Shown: positions 58,680-64,000 of the stretch, one piece after another
How the letters are laid out: each line of letters starts with the position of its first letter
Position numbering within the stretch: the stretch's first letter is position 1
Assembly (NCBI GenBank): GCA_964399485.1
Contig: CAYNQS010000002.1
Coordinates: 110,796-174,795, forward strand
DNA: 64,000 nucleotides
From: an uncultured Candidatus Bathyarchaeia archaeon
GTDB taxonomy: Archaea > Thermoproteota > Bathyarchaeia > Bathyarchaeales > Bathyarchaeaceae
Direction of reading: 5' to 3'
Made by a program: the position numbers and the translations under genes
The notes under the pieces: model-generated
The model's database searches: none
Told to the model about the DNA's origin: nothing
Seen by the model: only the letters and a program-made list of their open reading frames with translations

Positions 58680-58988
58680 TTACATCAACTCTATACTGAC
58701 GAAAACTTCCTCGGGCACGCGAACCCTCATAATTCTACGCATAACCCGTTCTTCAGCGTCAACTATGATGAGGCGCTTGTGAATCCGCAGCTCCCACCGA
58801 TCCCAAGTTGCAGTTCCTTGACCGCAGGGGGTTTTGCGCACCGGAACCTTGAGTCGTTTTGTGGGAAGGGGATGCGGTCCTGTGAGTTTCACTCCTGTCT
58901 TATCGGCGATGAGTTTCAGTTCGTTGCATACGTTCTCCAGCTTTTTGTAGTCTGTGCTGGTCAGCTTGATTCTCGCCTTTCTCACCAT
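58680..58988 (-). CDS. rps10: 30S ribosomal protein S10 (uS10)
   Basis: ARIKL.S, GP.PLPTK, RKTPCGQG..TWD.WE.RIHKRLI. Confidence 0.97.
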   Translation of the reverse strand: MVRKARIKLTSTDYKKLENVCNELKLIADKTGVKLTGPHPLPTKRLKVPVRKTPCGQGTATWDRWELRIHKRLIIVDAEERVMRRIMRVRVPEEVFVSIELM

Positions 58989-59256
58989 CGCCAAGATACT
59001 CCATTTGATGTTGCCTTATCGTCTTTCCGAGTTTTAAATACTTTTTCCCTTATTTCTATCTTTACTCTGTAATTTTAACCGGCATTAAATTCTACTGTAA
59101 TAAGAAAGGTTTGCTGAGGCTCCAATGGAGATTTGAGGTAAAGCAGATGGAATCAAAAGCAATTATGTCGCTTTGGATCATTCTTGTTTCTAAGCTTTTT
59201 CAGTCCCTTATTTATTGAAGAGTAAAAACTCAAAAAAAGGAAGGGAAGTTTTTGGG

Positions 59257-61860
59257 TTATTTTTGTTTTCTGAGTGCCATGTATGCTAGTAAGCCTATGA
59301 CCAAGATGACGACAGCGATTATCAGTATGACTAGGTCTATTGTCAGGTATGCTGGTACTTCTGGAATTGCTGGGTATGCAGGAAGTTTGTTTACTGTGGT
59401 TTGAGCAATCTCTTCTGCGCTAGGAACATCTTCTGCTGCTGGATCAACTCCCACGTATGTTGTTGCTTGTGAACCATAATAAGCGTCAGATCCCAAGAAG
59501 AAAGCCTTAACAATGTATGTGCCTTCATCTGGGGGAGCCCACTTGTACCCGAAGTTGCCGTAAATGTCGCTTGTAGTTTCATCTATGTCTTTCCAGGTGC
59601 CGTCTGACAGCAGATACGCCAATTTAACTGGAACGCCCGTGACATCTTCTGGACGTGGTGTCAACTGTTTATACACGTACATCATCCACTCGCTCATGTT
59701 ATCATCCGATACAGCGGGGACACCATTCGGGAATCGCATTTGCAGATCGATGTCCTTTGTGCCCGGAGACACATCGGTAATAGTGCCTTTGATCATCACA
59801 CAGGATCCTTCAGCCACAATTTCCGGTGATGCCGTGACTGTGAGAGCGCTTTGTCCTTTACCAATGGCGTATATTTGCATGTCATAGGTGTCCATGGTAG
59901 CTATTATGCTGTCTCCGATCATCGCATGTCCGCCCCAGTCGGTTCCACGGAACAACCCATCTGCCCGCCATATTACGTCGCCAGTTGTTGCGTTAAGACA
60001 GACGTATGGTGCACCCCGCGGCATAGGATCAACAGGAGAGTGCTCACTGTGACGCAGATACATTTTTCCGTCGACAATGAAGTCAACACGAATATTCCAG
60101 TTATCGCTCCACAAGATTTGGCTGAGGTAGTCAGTTGCTTCGTAGCTCCACAGTCTCGTACCGTTATACAGATCGTAGCAGTCCACTATTCCTTTTGTGC
60201 CAAACGTGTAGAATTTGCCCTCGTAGATGATGGTCCACGTCTCAAGATAGTTTAAGTAATGCTCCGGCGGTTCAGTTGGACCAAATAGAGGTTCGCCTGT
60301 GTCAAGGTCGAAGCCGTAGTTTGTGCCGTCTTCCTTTATGTGGATAGTGAATGCCCTGTTGTCTCCTGTACCGTAACGCGTGTATCCAAGTGTTACGTTG
60401 CCTGCTGGTGCATCATAGGTTTTAAGGAACTTCAGTTCCCCTTCCTTCCCTGGTTCCAAGTTTATCGCCCAAAATGTGAAGGGGGGGTTGTTGTAGGCAG
60501 CGCCACTAAAACCGTAGGTGCTCCTAGAATAGCCGATCACATAGTCATAAAGAGCATAGTAGTCAACGCTTCCCGGCAAGCCCGTTTGTATTGTCTTGTT
60601 CCACTGATATCCGTTCAGCCCCAACGGAGTAACATCTGTTACAGGGCAAGAACCTGTTGCGTCAATAGTCTTTCCCTGGGGTCTCCAAGAACCGAAACCT
60701 GGACCGGTAGGATTTGTCATCCAGTAGGCGTCTATCACAGCCGCTGAGCTCCACATAGCTATCCAGCCCCGTTGTAGGTTAACCGTGTATCTTATGATTT
60801 CACCGTTTGGACCCTCCAAGTTGCTGCCTGAGGGAAGATCGGTCATAGTAAACAGCCAGCGTCCATCGACGGGGTCAAAGAAATGCCATGTTTCTGAACC
60901 CCCAAAGAAGAAGCCGCCGCCGGTAGATCCAATTAAGTACTCGAAGACACCGTGGACGTTATATGAGTCCCAATAGAATACTTGACCAAAGCTTACACCT
61001 ACTTCTGTTCCGTCAGGTGTCGTAAGATGCTTTTCCCATAGTGTTTCGCCAGTGTGTAAATCTACACTAACGACGTAGTTGTCGACGTTGCCAATATCAT
61101 TGAACTTGTTGTAGAAGAGTTTTCCACCAATGATTACTTGGGAACCGAAAAAGCCTTCGTATGCATCCCCCATGTGGTAGGCGTGATTGCCAAGCAGTCC
61201 CCCAGCGAGGCCGCCGTGTACTAGTGGCTTGTTCCACAGTATGTGTGGGGTTTCAGGTGCTTCTTCGTTATTGTAAACGATTCTCCCAGCCAAGGATTCA
61301 ATAAATTGACTGTTGATTGCCAGCCAATTTCCTGCAATTTTTGACCATTCGTGAAACTGTGCGTCTATTGGACGAGTCCAGTATTCAGTTGGAAGCGTCA
61401 CGCCCGGATAGTATGGTATTGGTTCATCCTGTACGACCAGCTCCAAAACTGCGCTGACACCGGCTTCAAAATATAGGGCATAACCGCTGAAGTTTTTCCA
61501 TTGTGCAGGGAAGTGTGTCTGCAAATAGTATGAGCCGACCATGTTGGGCGTGTATGATCTGCCTGTTCCGCCCGTCGCATCGGTCCTGATGTCACTAATT
61601 GTGTCAGTTTGACCGTCAGGTCTCTCAATTGTTACACTTAAGCCCTCCCAACCTTGCTCAACATTTTCCAGTGGTTCGGTAATGCCCATATGGAGCAGCA
61701 CCTCTTGGCCTTTTCCCACAGGGTTAGGCGTAGCACCAATGAAAGGATAGCTTTTTATATTACCCACCCGCTGACCGCTAACTGGCAAAGCGATAAAAAT
61801 AGCAGCAAACGTTAATGTTAGAACCAAAACTATTGTAGCAGTTTTGTTTGTTTTTTCCAT
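59257..61860 (-). CDS. Large secreted PQQ-like beta-propeller protein with C-terminal membrane anchor
   Basis: Signal peptide, repeated D..TGE.LW / LNATTG.VIW blades, Ig-like domains, C-terminal TM + KQK. Confidence 0.82.
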   Translation of the reverse strand: MEKTNKTATIVLVLTLTFAAIFIALPVSGQRVGNIKSYPFIGATPNPVGKGQEVLLHMGITEPLENVEQGWEGLSVTIERPDGQTDTISDIRTDATGGTGRSYTPNMVGSYYLQTHFPAQWKNFSGYALYFEAGVSAVLELVVQDEPIPYYPGVTLPTEYWTRPIDAQFHEWSKIAGNWLAINSQFIESLAGRIVYNNEEAPETPHILWNKPLVHGGLAGGLLGNHAYHMGDAYEGFFGSQVIIGGKLFYNKFNDIGNVDNYVVSVDLHTGETLWEKHLTTPDGTEVGVSFGQVFYWDSYNVHGVFEYLIGSTGGGFFFGGSETWHFFDPVDGRWLFTMTDLPSGSNLEGPNGEIIRYTVNLQRGWIAMWSSAAVIDAYWMTNPTGPGFGSWRPQGKTIDATGSCPVTDVTPLGLNGYQWNKTIQTGLPGSVDYYALYDYVIGYSRSTYGFSGAAYNNPPFTFWAINLEPGKEGELKFLKTYDAPAGNVTLGYTRYGTGDNRAFTIHIKEDGTNYGFDLDTGEPLFGPTEPPEHYLNYLETWTIIYEGKFYTFGTKGIVDCYDLYNGTRLWSYEATDYLSQILWSDNWNIRVDFIVDGKMYLRHSEHSPVDPMPRGAPYVCLNATTGDVIWRADGLFRGTDWGGHAMIGDSIIATMDTYDMQIYAIGKGQSALTVTASPEIVAEGSCVMIKGTITDVSPGTKDIDLQMRFPNGVPAVSDDNMSEWMMYVYKQLTPRPEDVTGVPVKLAYLLSDGTWKDIDETTSDIYGNFGYKWAPPDEGTYIVKAFFLGSDAYYGSQATTYVGVDPAAEDVPSAEEIAQTTVNKLPAYPAIPEVPAYLTIDLVILIIAVVILVIGLLAYMALRKQK

Positions 61861-62178
61861 TTTTTTCCCCTATTACAAAGTTTTTATTCGAGTTGAAGCC
61901 TCAGTAGTTTTCAACAACTTCAGCTCGCAACATTAGGTTAGTAGCTGTTTTCACGATTTATAATTTATGGCACAATTCATAGTTATACACTTTCTTTCAG
62001 CCACTCGCTTAATCTGCCCTTTTAGTTTTAATCTCCACTTCTGATTGAAAAGAAACAGAAATTGTAGGAACGTCCTAAGATAGTGGTTAAAGAGTTTTTT
62101 CTCTTATTTCCTCGGTTTAACTGTGGCGTTTCAGAAGCACCTTTGGATTTTAAGACTTCAGGACACGTAAACATGAAG

Positions 62179-63108
62179 CTAGAGGGGAAGGGTTAAGCCA
62201 GCTAACCCTCCGGATAGCAGAAGGCTGGATATCACGTAGCCCAGAATGGCGCCGCTGCATAAGTATGGTAGTCCAGCTTGCGGCTTCCCTTTAATCACAA
62301 TCGACATGAGAACTGCAAACCCCACAAGGGTGCCGATCATCACGGATAGGGCTATGAGAAATCCGTTGTCTGGAATGTTGTAGAAGGAGGAGGCAACCAG
62401 TATTCCGGGCATCACTATGTCTCCTAAGCCCATGAAAAAGGCTTCCCGCTCTTCTTTTTCTTCAATTTTTTCTTTCAGCCCCTTTGTTTCTTTGAGCAGC
62501 GAATAGTTCCGCTTTTTTGGCACAACCAGCATAACGGGCAATTTGAGGTCCATAACTGCGTCTGCAAGGTCAATCATGTGTTTGGTTTTGTACACTGAGA
62601 TGGCGTCGTATATTGACAGTCCGATAAGCAACACGATTACCAGAAATATGCTGAGGGAGATTCCGAATAGTCCAATGGCGCCTACACCCACTATTATGCC
62701 GCACAGGTTTATGATGTACCATTCGGGGTATTTGATAAGCGCAAAAACCAAGACTGCCGCGGCGATTATGGAGAGAAACGATGATAATGTAGCGTAGGGA
62801 ACCACGAAGGATAGCAGCGGATAGAAGACAAAGAATGAAGTGTAGGCTATTGAGCCTAGAATGATGACTTGGATGAACTGTTTCTTCCAGAATTTGGCAA
62901 TCAACAGTATGGTGGCTGTGACTATTAACATGATTACGAAGAAGATAATCAGATTGATTGGGTCGTTCGGGTTGTCGAATGCGCCCATGTTTCCCTCTTC
63001 AAAAGGTTTCATTATCAGCATAGAGAGAAGATGGATTACCACAAATAGGCAACCCATCAGAACCATGGGAAAAACAGCTGCGCGCTTTTCTTTATTGTCG
63101 TTGGACAT
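62179..63108 (-). CDS. Presenilin-family intramembrane aspartyl protease (PSH)
   Basis: YDAI.V..TKHM, GLGD, PQAGLP; about 9 TMs. Confidence 0.92.
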   Translation of the reverse strand: MSNDNKEKRAAVFPMVLMGCLFVVIHLLSMLIMKPFEEGNMGAFDNPNDPINLIIFFVIMLIVTATILLIAKFWKKQFIQVIILGSIAYTSFFVFYPLLSFVVPYATLSSFLSIIAAAVLVFALIKYPEWYIINLCGIIVGVGAIGLFGISLSIFLVIVLLIGLSIYDAISVYKTKHMIDLADAVMDLKLPVMLVVPKKRNYSLLKETKGLKEKIEEKEEREAFFMGLGDIVMPGILVASSFYNIPDNGFLIALSVMIGTLVGFAVLMSIVIKGKPQAGLPYLCSGAILGYVISSLLLSGGLAGLTLPL

Positions 63109-63182
63109 TTCCTTTTAAGGACATCATTACTCACTTATAGAGTTTTATTTTGAAATAACAAGAACATGCTCATTTGACGTAT

Positions 63183-64000
63183 TTAGTAGAGAATTCCAAC
63201 TATTAGGAGAATTGCGGGGACTGCATTGCTTATGACAAGAAATATTGTTGTTCGCTTCTTTGAAAACGTGAGATACTCGTTTATCCTATTAACTGAAGAG
63301 CTGAATGGTCTTGCTAGAGGCAAGAAAATTAGGGCTCCTAACACATTGATTGTCAGGTGAACGAGCCAAACTCCGATTGCGGCAGGGTTGCCTGTTGCTA
63401 AAGCCGCTAACATGACATCAAATACGGTGCCGATGTTTGCTCCAAGTATGTATGGCAATAAGTAATTTTCCTTATCAATGACTCCGGTTGTAACTAATGG
63501 GATAAGCATCGAAATCATCACGGATGTACTGGGAACTAAGATGGTGAAGGCTAAACCTGCCAAGAAGGCTCTTGCGGTACTCCCGAATGTTGATCGGATC
63601 AGACTGCCTGACAATTCACCAGCAAATGTAGCTGACAAATATTTCTCACAATTCTTCAGAGATAACAATAACAGCCCACATCCTACAATGAAACCTAACC
63701 ACGCAGGAATACATTCAAGCACGAAATTTACCCACGGACTAATCAGGCTGAATATTGAGGGGATTTCCGTTAATGCGGGGATTTTAGAGAAGAATGAGCT
63801 GCCAACCTCCGCAATATTTGTGAACGTGTGGAAAAAGTATTCCACGGAAAAGAAGATCGCTAAAGTGCAGAAATTATACCAGTAATGCAGCATCGCCACC
63901 GAAAATGATGTTCTGAACCTTTTTCTTTCTTGTCTGAAGTAGCCGATTACTGCGACAAGTTGGGTTGTTACTGTTGTTCCAACTTCAGCTCCGATTACTG
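63183..64000 (-). CDS. Na+/phosphate cotransporter family protein (5' end outside window)
   Basis: Frame open to the window edge; GAEVGTT and GANIGT repeats, VPSTS motif variant. Confidence 0.78.
   Translation of the reverse strand, partial: VIGAEVGTTVTTQLVAVIGYFRQERKRFRTSFSVAMLHYWYNFCTLAIFFSVEYFFHTFTNIAEVGSSFFSKIPALTEIPSIFSLISPWVNFVLECIPAWLGFIVGCGLLLLSLKNCEKYLSATFAGELSGSLIRSTFGSTARAFLAGLAFTILVPSTSVMISMLIPLVTTGVIDKENYLLPYILGANIGTVFDVMLAALATGNPAAIGVWLVHLTINVLGALIFLPLARPFSSSVNRINEYLTFSKKRTTIFLVISNAVPAILLIVGILY

Overview
Archaeal chromosomal window, most likely Bathyarchaeia (inferred from rps26e, rps19e/rpl39e/rpl31e/aIF6/LX, archaeal ThrRS and ProRS, expanded TrmB regulators and a large membrane-anchored beta-propeller). 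The backbone is housekeeping: trpEGDCFB, Sec61beta, porCDAB, alba, hsp20, nep1, the rnp4-ftsY cluster, nadE, argF, ilvE, thrS, proS, an AOR-family enzyme, rps10, presenilin, tRNA-Leu(CAG) and tRNA-Met(CAU). Short accessory cassettes interrupt it: a Cthe_2159-like protein, an Asn-synthetase-like cassette, a 2TM+pYEATS pair, a pilin, a TrmB island and a Kelch protein. Most notable: (1) a family of ~38-bp GTTTGGGTTTGGGGTTAAAATTTAACCCCAAACCCAAAC-like palindromes at accessory-cassette borders; (2) a stand-alone prokaryotic YEATS module; (3) a pilin bracketed by 25-bp direct repeats; (4) a tRNA-Met with a non-canonical variable-loop intron; (5) a metal ABC operon with a His-less binding protein and a NikR-type operator; (6) probable CTG/ACG start codons. 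I recognised no CRISPR array, integrase, transposase or rRNA. All calls come from reading motifs by eye; no searches were run.
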